DNA of 64,000 nucleotides from an uncultured Candidatus Rokubacteria bacterium (GCA_963762145.1 CAVXJS010000009.1:822410-886409); one strand, 5' to 3'; counted from the first letter of the stretch, positions 37,204 to 48,070 are shown. Notes: generated by a model not told the origin, from the sequence alone. Numbers and translations are program-made.

Positions 37204-37845
37204 TCAGGCCGTCTTCATGTAGTCGCCAAGCTTCTGGCGCAGGAACAACCGCGAGCGGTGAACGCGCGACTTCACGGCGGGCAGGCTGATGTGCAGCGTC
37301 TCGGCGATCTCCGGGTTCGAGAGCCCTTCCACGTCGTGCAGCAGGAACGCGGTCCGGTAGTCTCCCGGCAGATCGTCGATGGCGGTGGTCAGCAGCTTGC
37401 GGAGCTCGGTCTGGAGCGCGGGCTCCTCGGTACGGCCCGACCAGTCGCGCACCGGCTCCGCGTGCTGGCCGAGCTCGTCGAAGCCGGGCGTGAGCGCGTC
37501 CCAGGAGATCTCGTTGCGCTGGCCGTGCCGGCTGCGGAGCTTCTGGTAGGCCGCGTTCGCGGTGATGCGGTAGACCCAGCTGCCGAAGGCCGACTCGCCC
37601 TTGAAGGTATCGATCTTGCGGGCGGCGGTCCAGAGCGCGTCCTGCACCACTTCCTCCGCGTCCTGCTCGTTGCTCGTGATGCGGATGGCCAGCCGGTAGA
37701 CCCGGTCGCCGTAGGTGGCGATCAGCTCTTCCGGCGCGCCGGGCTCCTGCGCGCGCAGGCGCGCCACCAGCTCGGCGTCCCGATCCACCTTCTTCGGGCC
37801 TCCCGCGGTGTCCTGATGTCCGTTCGGTGCGTGCAGCGTCGTCAT
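37204..37845 (-). CDS. ECF sigma-70 family factor
   Basis: DAEEVVQDAL, FGSWVYRITAN, EGLSNPEIAETL..VKSRVHRSR; ATGA overlap with the TetR gene. Confidence 0.92.
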   Translation of the reverse strand: MTTLHAPNGHQDTAGGPKKVDRDAELVARLRAQEPGAPEELIATYGDRVYRLAIRITSNEQDAEEVVQDALWTAARKIDTFKGESAFGSWVYRITANAAYQKLRSRHGQRNEISWDALTPGFDELGQHAEPVRDWSGRTEEPALQTELRKLLTTAIDDLPGDYRTAFLLHDVEGLSNPEIAETLHISLPAVKSRVHRSRLFLRQKLGDYMKTA

Positions 37846-38498
37846 GCTCGGTTCCTGTAGAGCGTGAGGTGCGCCTTCAGCTCCTCGACGCATCGTTCGA
37901 TGACCGTGATGTCCCGGGTGACCTTGCCCAGGAGAATGGCGCCCTCGAGTCCTCCCACGAGGAATTGCGCCACCCGCGCGGCGTCCGCGTCCGCGCGGAG
38001 CCGGCCGCTTCGCTGGCCTCGGCGAATCGCCTCCGCGAGATGGTCGCGGTAGACGTCGAAGATGCCGGCGAGCTGCTGGCGGAAGCCCTCGTGCACGTCG
38101 GAGAGCTCGGAGGCGAGATTGCCCATCGCGCAGCCGCCCACGCAGTTGCGCTGCCGCTGCGAATCGAGCACCCGATCGAAGAACGCGTGGAGCTGGTCGA
38201 CGGGATCGGCCTCCGCGTCCTGGAAGGCGGGCCCCAGGCCCCGCTCGATGAAGGCGCGCCGGATTCGATCGATGATCGCGTAGCCGAGGTCTTCCTTGCT
38301 CTTGAAGTAGTAGTAGAAGTTGCCCTTGCCGACGCCGCTCTCGCGCAGCACGTCGTCGAGCGAGGTGGACTGGTAGCCCTGCACGTGGATGAGGCGGGAC
38401 GCCGCGTTGAGGATCTGATCGCGGGTCGCGGCGCCCTTCTGGCTCTTGGTCTCGGGCTGGGGCTTGACCTCGCTGACTACCGCGCTCTCGCTTGCCAT
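37842..38498 (-). CDS. TetR/AcrR family regulator (NemR/LmrA-like)
   Basis: SGVGKGNFYYYFKSKEDL; GGCAMGNLASEL. Confidence 0.92.
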   Translation of the reverse strand: MASESAVVSEVKPQPETKSQKGAATRDQILNAASRLIHVQGYQSTSLDDVLRESGVGKGNFYYYFKSKEDLGYAIIDRIRRAFIERGLGPAFQDAEADPVDQLHAFFDRVLDSQRQRNCVGGCAMGNLASELSDVHEGFRQQLAGIFDVYRDHLAEAIRRGQRSGRLRADADAARVAQFLVGGLEGAILLGKVTRDITVIERCVEELKAHLTLYRNRA

Positions 38499-38520
38499 CG
38501 TCTCGCTCCTGTTTGGGCTA

Positions 38521-38569
38521 TACCGACCAGTCGGTACAGAATAGTAGCGGGCGGTTGACCGCTTGTCAA
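38521..38569 (-). promoter_or_regulatory. Sigma-70 promoter with palindromic operator over the start site
   Basis: TTGACA (38569-64) -17 nt- TACTAT (38546-41); TACCGAC-CA-GTCGGTA at 38521-38536. Confidence 0.8.
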
Positions 38570-38606
38570 ATACTCCACTTAATTCTTAATTCGATAATCT
38601 CGGCAG

Positions 38607-39500
38607 TCACTTACCGTCCGACAGCGAGAGCAGCTTCAGCAAGTCGGCGGTCAGGTCATAGAGCTGAGCACATCCAGAGCCTCCACCGAGCGAGGTCTGG
38701 ATCTTCTTGCGGAGCAGCGCGTCAACCGGCTGGTCCAGGAGCGACCGGATCTTGCCCTGGGGCTCGCCGCAGATTCCGGCGTACGGCAGCCGCGAGGTCA
38801 CCGAGTCGGCGGCCACCACGGTGCCCCGATCCAGGTCCAGCTCGTAGTGCAGGTCGAAGCCGTGCACGTTGTCGTGCATCGAGTGGAAGAGGTGCAGGCG
38901 CCGATCGGTGAGCACCAGCCGCGCGACCTTCTTCCTCGCGAACACCTTCCGGGCGCCGGGCGGCGGGGAATACAGCGTGGCCACCATCGGGGTGGTGACC
39001 GGCCGGGTTCCGAAGAGGGCGCGGCCGGCCTCACTGTACGTGAAGCAGGAGTCGGGCAGGTCCACCCAGCCCGTCGTGTCGAGCCGCCAGCACGCGAGGG
39101 CATCGGTCGGGTCGAGCGCGGAGGTGACCGCCGCGGGCAGCTTGGTGACCTGGCGGGCCAGCCGGGCCACCTCGATACCCGCGTCGACGAACAACCCGGC
39201 GCCCCTTCGGCCGCCACACAGCTCGGCGAGGCGCCTGGTGAAGCCGCCCACCATGCGCGTGCCCGCCAGCCCCGGGAAATCCGCGGCGATACTCGCATCG
39301 ACCCCCGCCAGCGGACGAGCGGTTGCGGCCTGGACCTCGTAACCGGGCGACGGGGTCGCGACCAGGCTGACCTCGACGCCGCCGTCCGGATCGTTGATCC
39401 GCACGGTGTGGGTGAAGGCGGTGTCGTGGGTGTTGTCCACCCACCCCTCCATCACCCGCTCGTACCGGTCGCGCCCGGCGAGGAACGGCGACCCGATCAC
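38607..39500 (-). CDS. DUF2889-like protein (two repeats)
   Basis: MHDNVHGF..LPYAGICGEPQ..LGGGSGCAQLYDL. Confidence 0.6.
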   Translation of the reverse strand: MIGSPFLAGRDRYERVMEGWVDNTHDTAFTHTVRINDPDGGVEVSLVATPSPGYEVQAATARPLAGVDASIAADFPGLAGTRMVGGFTRRLAELCGGRRGAGLFVDAGIEVARLARQVTKLPAAVTSALDPTDALACWRLDTTGWVDLPDSCFTYSEAGRALFGTRPVTTPMVATLYSPPPGARKVFARKKVARLVLTDRRLHLFHSMHDNVHGFDLHYELDLDRGTVVAADSVTSRLPYAGICGEPQGKIRSLLDQPVDALLRKKIQTSLGGGSGCAQLYDLTADLLKLLSLSDGK

Positions 39501-39643
39501 TTACGGAGATATTTCCCGGGATCGGCGTCGAACCGGGTCTTGCAGCCGACCGCGCAGAAGTAATACGTCTGCCCCTGGTGCTGCGACTGCGCCGCCGCGT
39601 GCTTCGGGTCCACGTCCATCTGACAGACCGGATCCTTGGCCAT
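39497..39643 (-). CDS. YHS-domain small protein
   Basis: MAKDPVCQMDVDP..GQTYYFCAVGCKTRFDADPGKY. Confidence 0.88.
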   Translation of the reverse strand: MAKDPVCQMDVDPKHAAAQSQHQGQTYYFCAVGCKTRFDADPGKYLRK

Positions 39644-39694
39644 CGTGGTCGCTCCTTTCAGCGGGAATGGGTAGCCGGATCGAGCATACCGCTC

Positions 39695-39973
39695 CTAGCG
39701 TCCGGAGAACCGGGAGAAGACGTCGAGGAGCTCGTCCATCTTCCGCTGGCGATCGCGCGTGCTCGGGGCGCGGACCGCCTCCGCGACACACACCTCGAGG
39801 TGCTGACCGAGCAGGAGCTTCTGCACCTGCTCCACCGCGCCCTGGACCGCGGCGAGCTGCAGCAAGATGTCCACGCAGGACTTGTCCTCCTCGACCATCC
39901 GCTGGATCCCCTGCACCTGGCCTTCGATCCGGCGCAGCCGGCCCAGCGCCTTTGCGGTCGTCTGACTCTCCAT
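39695..39973 (-). CDS. csoR: CsoR/RcnR family metal-sensing repressor
   Basis: RLRRIEGQVQGIQRMVEEDKSCVDILLQ..HLEVCV (Cys-His-Cys ligands). Confidence 0.9.
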   Translation of the reverse strand: MESQTTAKALGRLRRIEGQVQGIQRMVEEDKSCVDILLQLAAVQGAVEQVQKLLLGQHLEVCVAEAVRAPSTRDRQRKMDELLDVFSRFSGR

Positions 39974-39984
39974 CGTTCGTGTCC

Positions 39985-40740
39985 TCAGGCCGGCCGGCGG
40001 TGCCAGAGCATGCGCAGCACCCAGTACCCGGCGAGCGCGGCCAGCAGATGTTTGAGCGTGTGCCCGCTGACCACGCGGGTCGCCGAGAGAATCCACCCGT
40101 CCAGGAGCTCCGGCCCCTTGGCCGCCGTGTAGGTCGCCGCCGCGGCCAGGAGCGCGCCCCCGCGCGTGTAGCGCGGCGGAAGCCACCACAGCATCAGCGG
40201 GATTGCCACGACGGGATAGAACTGGACCAGCGCGTACGGGCGCAGGTCGCCCGCGCCGCGCTGCTCGGTCCAGTGCCAGTAGACGACGGAGCCCACCGCG
40301 ATCGCGACGAGCGGACCCAGCAGCCACGAGCCCGCCTTCACCCCGATCCGCTCGGTGATGGTGGCGGCGAGAAGACCCATCAGGGTGATCGCCAGCGGCA
40401 GCCGGTCCCACGCCAGCCGCGCGTTGCCGGGCTCCCAGTGATAGTAGGCGGAGCCGACACCGGTCAGGACCAGGCCCCCGAAGAAGACGACGTACGGCCA
40501 CCGCTCGGCCGGCTCCTGGAAGGCGCGGCCGCCCGCGACGAACGCCACGCCCAGCCCCCCGACCAGGAGAAAGCCCACGTTGGACAGCACGTTCAGGACA
40601 TTGGGGATGCCGAGCCACGAACGGGTATCCGCCAGGTGGTGGTAGGCGGGATCCTGGGGAATCGGCGGGACCAGCAGGAAGGCCGCGGCGGCCAGCCCCG
40701 CGAGCCCTCCGATCAGCCCGATCGCGCTCTGCCGTCGCAT
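39985..40740 (-). CDS. Alkaline-ceramidase-like (CREST) membrane hydrolase
   Basis: PIPQDPAYHHLAD, NVLSN, GSAYYHW, WDRLP, SGHTLKHL. Confidence 0.8.
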   Translation of the reverse strand: MRRQSAIGLIGGLAGLAAAAFLLVPPIPQDPAYHHLADTRSWLGIPNVLNVLSNVGFLLVGGLGVAFVAGGRAFQEPAERWPYVVFFGGLVLTGVGSAYYHWEPGNARLAWDRLPLAITLMGLLAATITERIGVKAGSWLLGPLVAIAVGSVVYWHWTEQRGAGDLRPYALVQFYPVVAIPLMLWWLPPRYTRGGALLAAAATYTAAKGPELLDGWILSATRVVSGHTLKHLLAALAGYWVLRMLWHRRPA

Positions 40741-40780
40741 CCGCCCTCCCAGCTTATACCCGAGGCGAGTCGGCGCGGGG

Positions 40781-41131
40781 TCAGAGCTCGGGGAACAGGG
40801 AGGCTTGAGCGGCGGCCGCCGCCGGGCGCGGGCGGCGGCCGACCCGGCGTTCGGCGGCCCGCTTTGGCTTCGGCTTGCGCGGCTCTCGCGGGATCTTCAC
40901 CCACCCCTTCTGGTGCGCGATCTTGTCGCCCTGCTTGATCACGGTCAGGTCCACGAGGCGCGCGAGGGGATGCGTCAGGAGCTGCATGTACTTCTGCCAG
41001 TATCGGGGCGAGTACGCCCACGTCTTCATCTGGTCGACCGCGAGCGTCAACGCCGCGCGATCGCCCTTCTTGGCGGCGAGCCGGAGCTGCCCGACGATGA
41101 CGCTGCGGCTGATGCGAGAGGGTCGCGTCAC
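40781..41131 (-). CDS. Hypothetical basic protein ending QASLFPEL
   Basis: Intact ORF directly after rng; homologue in the mirrored arm. Confidence 0.7.
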   Translation of the reverse strand: MTRPSRISRSVIVGQLRLAAKKGDRAALTLAVDQMKTWAYSPRYWQKYMQLLTHPLARLVDLTVIKQGDKIAHQKGWVKIPREPRKPKPKRAAERRVGRRPRPAAAAAQASLFPEL

Positions 41132-41147
41132 GGGTCTCGCCGTAGCA

Positions 41148-42692
41148 CTACTTGACGGTCAGCTCGTACTGCTCGCGATGGTAGGAGCCCATCGCCTGGA
41201 TCGCGATCTTTCGCCCGATCAGGGCCTGCAGCTTCTCGAGACCCTCGCGCTGGCTCGCCTCCAGGTGATGGGCCATCTCGGGGTGGACGCGGATCACCAC
41301 GTCCCGGCCGGCGCCCTCCCGGTGCTGCGCCTGGATCTTGCGGAAGATCTCGGCGGACAGGGTCGCGTCCGACTTGACCACCCCGCTGCCTTTGCAGGTC
41401 GGGCACGGAGCGCAGAAGAGCGACTGCAGGCTCTGCCGGACGCGCTTTCGCGTCATCTCGACCAGGCCGAGCTCCGAGATCTCGAGCACGTTGGTACGGG
41501 CCTTGTCGTCGGCGAGCGCGCGGGTGAGCGCCTTGAAGACCTGATCGCGGTGCTCGGCCCGCTCCATATCGATGAAGTCGATGATGATGATGCCGCCCAG
41601 GTCCCGCAGGCGGATCTGGCGCACCACCTCGGTGGCCGCCTCCAGGTTGATCTTGAGCACCGTCTCCTCGAAGTCGCGCTTGCCCACGTACTTCCCGGTG
41701 TTGACGTCGATGGCCACCAGCGCCTCGGTGTGGTCGATGACGATGTATCCGCCCGACTTGAGCCAGACCCGACGCCGGAGCGCCTTCTCGATCTCGCGCT
41801 CGATGCCGGTGGCCTCGAAGATGGGCTGATCCTTGTCCCACTGCTTGACCCGGTCGGCGAGCTGGGGCACGAGCTGGGTGGCGTACTCGAGGCACTTCTC
41901 GTAGGCGGCGGGGCTGTCGACCAGGAACTCCTCGATCTCGGGGGAGAAGAGATCGCGCACCACCCGGAAGATGACGTCCATCTCCGCGTGGAGCACGGAC
42001 GGGGCCTTGGCCGACTCGAAGCGGGTGAGGACCTGGGCCCAGAGCCGGCTCAGGAACTGGATGTCGGCGGCGAGCTCCTCCTCGCCCTTGCCCTCCGCCA
42101 CGGTCCGGACGATGAATCCTCCGGTCTGCGCGGGCAGCCCCCTGACGATGGCGCGCAGCCGATCCCGCTCGGCGTCATCGTGGATCCGCCGCGATACGCC
42201 GACGTGGCGCGACTGGGGCATCAGGACGATGGAGCGGCCCGGGATGGACACGAAGGACGTCACCCGCGCGCCCTTGGTGCCGAGGGACTCCTTCGAGACC
42301 TGCACCAGGACCTCCTGGCCCTTGCGCAGCATCTCCTCGATGGGGGCGACCGCCTGCCGGCGGGGCTCGGCCTCCCCGTCACCGTCCGCCTCACCCTCGC
42401 CCTCGTCCGCCACGTCGGCGGGCTCCTCCTCGGCGGGGGGCGCGGCCTGGTCCTCCGCGCTGAGCTTGGCGGTGTAGTCGCCCGCGTAGAGAAAGGCGTC
42501 CTTGCTGAGCCCGATGTCCACGAACGCGGCCTGCATGCCGGGCAGCACGTTGGTGACCACGCCCTTGTAGATGTTCCCGACGATGGAGCGCCGGTCGGCG
42601 CGCTCGATGTACAGCTCGGTGAGGAGGCTTCCATCCTGGACGGCGAGACGGGTCTCCGTCACACCGGCGTTGACGACGATGCGCTTTCCCAC
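41148..42692 (-). CDS. rng: Ribonuclease G / Rne-Rng family
   Basis: GNIYKGVVTNVLPGMQAAFVDIG, IDVNTG, RLRDLGGIIIIDFIDM. Confidence 0.95.
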   Translation of the reverse strand: MGKRIVVNAGVTETRLAVQDGSLLTELYIERADRRSIVGNIYKGVVTNVLPGMQAAFVDIGLSKDAFLYAGDYTAKLSAEDQAAPPAEEEPADVADEGEGEADGDGEAEPRRQAVAPIEEMLRKGQEVLVQVSKESLGTKGARVTSFVSIPGRSIVLMPQSRHVGVSRRIHDDAERDRLRAIVRGLPAQTGGFIVRTVAEGKGEEELAADIQFLSRLWAQVLTRFESAKAPSVLHAEMDVIFRVVRDLFSPEIEEFLVDSPAAYEKCLEYATQLVPQLADRVKQWDKDQPIFEATGIEREIEKALRRRVWLKSGGYIVIDHTEALVAIDVNTGKYVGKRDFEETVLKINLEAATEVVRQIRLRDLGGIIIIDFIDMERAEHRDQVFKALTRALADDKARTNVLEISELGLVEMTRKRVRQSLQSLFCAPCPTCKGSGVVKSDATLSAEIFRKIQAQHREGAGRDVVIRVHPEMAHHLEASQREGLEKLQALIGRKIAIQAMGSYHREQYELTVK

Positions 42693-42744
42693 GGCCGACC
42701 TCGATCCGGGGTCCCGGCGGCGGACCCGGCCAGCAATTATGCGG

Positions 42745-43836
42745 TTAGTGGAACTGCCGCATTCGGACCGAGATCAGGAGACCCAGCGCTGTCAGCGAGA
42801 CCACCATGGACGATCCGCCGTAGCTCATCAGCGGCAGCGGAATCCCCACGATGGGGAGCAGGCCCGTCACCATCCCGATGTTGATCAGGATCTGGACCGC
42901 GAACACGCTCGTCACGCCGAGGGCCAGGATGCGCCCCCGGGTGTCCCGCGTGCCGGCCGCGATCTCGAACCCCCGCAACACCAGGAGCGCGTAGGCCACG
43001 ATCAGCACGAGACAACCCAGAAACCCCCACATCTCCGCGAACACGGCAAAAATGAAATCAGTGTGCCGCTCGGGGAGAAAGGCCAGGCGGCTTTGCGTCG
43101 CGCCGCCGATGCCCTTCCCCAGGAGCTGGCCCGAACCAATGGCGATCTTCGCCTGAATGACATTGTAGGCCGTTCCGAGCGGATCGCGGAACGGATCGAG
43201 ATAGACCAGGAGCCGGTCGCGCTGGTAGGGCTTGAGGACGAACCAGGCCAGCGGCATGAGCGCCACCGACCCCAGCGCGAGCCCCCCCAGGACCTTCATT
43301 CGCAGGCCGAGGCCCACCAGGGTGGCCCCCAGCACCGGAACCAGCACCAGGGCGGTGCCCAGGTCCGGCTGCTTCACGACCAGGAAGAAGGGCACCCCCA
43401 GGAGCACGAAGGTGCCCACCAGGGCTGCCCGGCCCAATCGCTCCCCACGGGCCGAGGTCAGCGCCCAGGCCAGGGTGATGATGAAGATCAGCTTGAAGAG
43501 CTCCGAAGGCTGGACCGTCAACGGTCCCACGTGGATCCAGCGCCGCGCCCCCGAGACGGTGCGGCCCAGCACGAACACCGAGAGCAGGAGCCCGAGACCG
43601 ATCACGTAGAACACGGGAGCGAACCGCACCAGGGTCCGGTAATCCACGCTGATCACCACCAGCAGCCCGATCATGCCGACGCCCACCCAGGAGAGCTGGC
43701 GCCACATCAGGGCCGAGATTCCGCGCCCCGGGTTGAGGCTCCAGAGACAGGTGAGGCTGAGCGCGATGATGAACAGCGCGGCGCCCAGCAGCGGCCAATC
43801 GACGTTCTGGAGCAGCCGCCGGTCCATCTTCAGCAT
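42745..43836 (-). CDS. rodA: Rod shape-determining protein RodA
   Basis: GARRWI, QPSELFK, QPDLGTA, FLPERHTDFIF, SYGGSS. Confidence 0.96.
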   Translation of the reverse strand: MLKMDRRLLQNVDWPLLGAALFIIALSLTCLWSLNPGRGISALMWRQLSWVGVGMIGLLVVISVDYRTLVRFAPVFYVIGLGLLLSVFVLGRTVSGARRWIHVGPLTVQPSELFKLIFIITLAWALTSARGERLGRAALVGTFVLLGVPFFLVVKQPDLGTALVLVPVLGATLVGLGLRMKVLGGLALGSVALMPLAWFVLKPYQRDRLLVYLDPFRDPLGTAYNVIQAKIAIGSGQLLGKGIGGATQSRLAFLPERHTDFIFAVFAEMWGFLGCLVLIVAYALLVLRGFEIAAGTRDTRGRILALGVTSVFAVQILINIGMVTGLLPIVGIPLPLMSYGGSSMVVSLTALGLLISVRMRQFH

Positions 43837-45635
43837 CAGCCGGACTCGCCGATCGTCACCTGGGCCACCTTCTGGAGGAAGATGGCTTCGTAGATTTGCC
43901 TCGCGATCGGGGCCGCGACCTGGCCGCCCTTGCCGCCCCGCTCCACCAGCACCACGACGACGTACTGGGGGTCGTCGACGGGGGCGAACGACGCGAACCA
44001 CGCGTGGTCCTGGCCCTTGGAGGAGTCGCTCTTCGAGATGGTCTGGGCCGTCCCGGTCTTGCCCGCGATCTCGAAGCCGGGCACGCGGGCCAGGGCCCCG
44101 GTTCCGTCTTTGACCACCGAGGCGAGCGAGTGGCGTAGGAAGCCCCAGACGACCGGGGAGAGGTCCACCCGCTCCGTCATCTGGCTCGACGAGCTGTAGG
44201 CCAGCGTTCCATCCGCGCGCTCGACCCGCTGGACCAGTCGCGGCTTCCACATCACGCCGCCGTTGGCCACCGCGGCCATCATCCGCGCGATCTGGAGCGG
44301 CGTCACCAGGAGCTGCCCCTGCCCGATCGACATGTTCACGGTGTCGCCGGGCAGCCAGCGCTTGGCGCGCGGGCGCTGGCCCGGCGAGAAGGGCACCAGC
44401 CCGAAGCGCTCGCCGCCCAGGTCGATGCCGGTGGGCGACCCCAGGCCGAAGGCCTGCGCGTACTTCGCCATCATGTCGCCACCCACCTTGAGCCCGGCCT
44501 GGTAGAAGAAGATGTCGCACGACTGCGCCATGGACCCGTGCAGGTTCAGGTGTCCGTGCCCGCCCGGCTTCCAGTCCTTGAACGTCCAGTTGCCCAGGTT
44601 GAACTCGCCGTTGCAGTAGACGCTATCCATCGGCGTCAGCGAGCCTTCCTGGAGCCCGGCGGCCGCGACGATGATCTTGAAGACCGACGCGGGCGGGTAG
44701 AGACCCTGCAGCGCGCGATTCATGAGCGGGGACATGGGATCTCGGACGAGACGGACCCACTCCTCCCGATCCAGGTTGCCGGTGAGCCGATCGAGCGGGA
44801 AGGCGGGGCTCGAGGTCATCGCGAGCACGTCGCCGTTGCGCGGATCCAGCACCACCACCGAGCCGGCCTTGCCGGCCATCACGCGCTCCGCCGCCTCCTG
44901 GATGCGACGGTCGATCGTGGTGATGACCTGGGCGCCCGGGTCGGGCTCCTCGCGGCGCATGAGCTGCACCGGCCGGCCAAGCGCGTCCACCTCGATGCGC
45001 TCGCCGCCGTCGCGCCCGCGCAGGTGCTCGTCGAGGAGCCGCTCGAGGCCGGACTGCCCGATCATGTCGCCCCGGCGATAGCGGCCTCCCTTCATCTGCT
45101 CGTCGCTGACTTCTCGTACATAGCCCAGGAGGTGGGCCGCGAACGTGCTGGTGGGATACGTGCGCTGGGGCTCGACCTCCACGATGACGCCCGGGAGCTC
45201 GAGCTTGCGCTCCTCCACCATGGTGACGTCCTCGAGCGAAAGGCCGCGCCGCACGCGCACCGGGCGGATCGAATCCGCGGGTACCTTCTCGAGCGCCTCC
45301 ATCAGCTCGCCCACCGGCATCTTGAGCAGGACCGCCAGGCGTGCCACCACCTGGTTCCGGTCCTCCATCTCGCGGGGGATCAGCGAGAGGGTGAAGGCCG
45401 GGCGATTGTCCACCAGCGCCAGTCCGTTCCGATCGAAGAGAATGCCGCGGGGCGCCGCGACGGGTCGGATGCGGATCCGGTTCCTCTCCGACAGCTCCTG
45501 CATCCGGCCGCCCTCCAGCACCTGCAGGTACCAGAGCTGGCCGACCAGGGCGACGAAGCCGATGGAGCTGACCACCGCCAACGCGAGGACGCGCCGGCCC
45601 CACGCCTCACGACGATTCGAGAGCGTCGTGCTCAC
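43836..45635 (-). CDS. mrdA: Penicillin-binding protein 2
   Basis: APRGILFDRNG, PASVFK (SxxK), SCD, GKTGTAQ. Confidence 0.95.
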   Translation of the reverse strand: MSTTLSNRREAWGRRVLALAVVSSIGFVALVGQLWYLQVLEGGRMQELSERNRIRIRPVAAPRGILFDRNGLALVDNRPAFTLSLIPREMEDRNQVVARLAVLLKMPVGELMEALEKVPADSIRPVRVRRGLSLEDVTMVEERKLELPGVIVEVEPQRTYPTSTFAAHLLGYVREVSDEQMKGGRYRRGDMIGQSGLERLLDEHLRGRDGGERIEVDALGRPVQLMRREEPDPGAQVITTIDRRIQEAAERVMAGKAGSVVVLDPRNGDVLAMTSSPAFPLDRLTGNLDREEWVRLVRDPMSPLMNRALQGLYPPASVFKIIVAAAGLQEGSLTPMDSVYCNGEFNLGNWTFKDWKPGGHGHLNLHGSMAQSCDIFFYQAGLKVGGDMMAKYAQAFGLGSPTGIDLGGERFGLVPFSPGQRPRAKRWLPGDTVNMSIGQGQLLVTPLQIARMMAAVANGGVMWKPRLVQRVERADGTLAYSSSSQMTERVDLSPVVWGFLRHSLASVVKDGTGALARVPGFEIAGKTGTAQTISKSDSSKGQDHAWFASFAPVDDPQYVVVVLVERGGKGGQVAAPIARQIYEAIFLQKVAQVTIGESG

Positions 45636-46132
45636 GACGGCCACGAGCGCCTCCGGAGCAGCTCGTAGCCGGCCTCGGCCAGGATGCACAGCGTGCCGAT
45701 CAGGCCGTTGTAGAGCGCTTGCGGCAGGATCACGTGGAGCATCAGCTCACCGAACGCCGCCGGGTAGTGGAACATCTGCAGGAGCAGGAATCGCGCGAGT
45801 CCCTCGGCCACGCTCAACAGCACCAGGCCGGGCACCTGGACGAGCGGATTCGTGACCCAGAAGCGGCCGACCAGGAGACCCATGCCGAAGCCGGCCAGTC
45901 CCTTGGTGAGCGCCTGCACGCCCACGAGCCCGCCCCCGGTGATGTCCTGGAGCAACCCGGCCACGAAGCCGGCGAGGCAGCCGGCCTCCGGCCCGTTGCG
46001 GAGCGCGATCAGCACCGTGAGGATGAGCGGCACGTCGGGCGTGACACCGCCCACGCCCCGCGCCGCGACCACGGTGGATTGCAGGACGCCGCCGCCCACG
46101 GTGACGAGGAGCAGGAGCAGGCGCAGGCCCAT
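45632..46132 (-). CDS. mreD: Rod shape-determining protein MreD
   Basis: Hydrophobic, TPD..GFVAGLLQD; operon position. Confidence 0.9.
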   Translation of the reverse strand: MGLRLLLLLVTVGGGVLQSTVVAARGVGGVTPDVPLILTVLIALRNGPEAGCLAGFVAGLLQDITGGGLVGVQALTKGLAGFGMGLLVGRFWVTNPLVQVPGLVLLSVAEGLARFLLLQMFHYPAAFGELMLHVILPQALYNGLIGTLCILAEAGYELLRRRSWPS

Positions 46133-46134
46133 GA

Positions 46135-46974
46135 TCAGCCATCCGAGGGGAACAGCGCCGCCACGTCCTGGGTCGTTTGCCCGGTGACGAGCAGCACCTC
46201 CTCCACGCGCGAGACGTCCACGGCGGGCGTGAGCACCGCGAAGTGGAAGAGGGCCGAGCCCTTGTCCTCGATCTTGACGACCCGGCCAACCGGCAGGCCC
46301 TTGGGGAAGAGCGTGCCCAGGCCCGAGGTGACCACGAGGTCACCGGGCGCCACGCTGGCGCCGTCGCGGGCCATGAACTTGAAGCGCACCGCGCCGCCCG
46401 CGTCCCCTTCCACCAGCCCGGCGGTGCGCGTGCGCTGCACGACCGCGCCCACCGTGGAGGCCGGATCGTTCAGGAGCTGGATGACCGCGGCGCTTCGATG
46501 CACCTGGACGACACGCCCCACCAGCCCGTCCGGCATGATGACCGGCGTCTGCTGGGTGATGCCGTCCCCGCGGCCGCGATTGACGGTCAAGGAGCGCACC
46601 CAGCCGCCCGCCTCGCGGCCGATGACCTCTCCCGCCACGGTGGCGAGAGGCAGACGGTCGCGCAGAAGGAGGAGCTTGCGGAGCCGCACGTTCTCCTCGC
46701 GCGTCTCGCCGGCCTGGAGCGCCTGGACGCGGAGCTGCTCGTTCTCACCACGGAGCGTGACGACCTCCCGGCGCACCAGCTTCCAGTCGACGTAGTTGGC
46801 CCAGAATCCGAGGGCGCCGCGATGGACACGCACCAGCAGGCTCTGGACCGGGGTGAGCACGACGGCCACCAGCTCGCCGGCCCGCCCGGTGCCGCCCCCG
46901 CGCGTCTGCACCGTCAGGAGCAGGAACGACACGAGCAGCACCGCGAGAAGGATCCCGTATCTGCGAACTCTCAC
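46135..46974 (-). CDS. mreC: Rod shape-determining protein MreC
   Basis: GLVGRV, GDLVVTSGLGTLFPKGLPVGRV. Confidence 0.95.
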   Translation of the reverse strand: MRVRRYGILLAVLLVSFLLLTVQTRGGGTGRAGELVAVVLTPVQSLLVRVHRGALGFWANYVDWKLVRREVVTLRGENEQLRVQALQAGETREENVRLRKLLLLRDRLPLATVAGEVIGREAGGWVRSLTVNRGRGDGITQQTPVIMPDGLVGRVVQVHRSAAVIQLLNDPASTVGAVVQRTRTAGLVEGDAGGAVRFKFMARDGASVAPGDLVVTSGLGTLFPKGLPVGRVVKIEDKGSALFHFAVLTPAVDVSRVEEVLLVTGQTTQDVAALFPSDG

Positions 46975-47029
46975 CGCTCCGTCACCCTTACGGCCGATCA
47001 GTCCTGTAATGCCGGCCCGAGGCCGGCGT

Positions 47030-48070
<1,041 letters not shown>

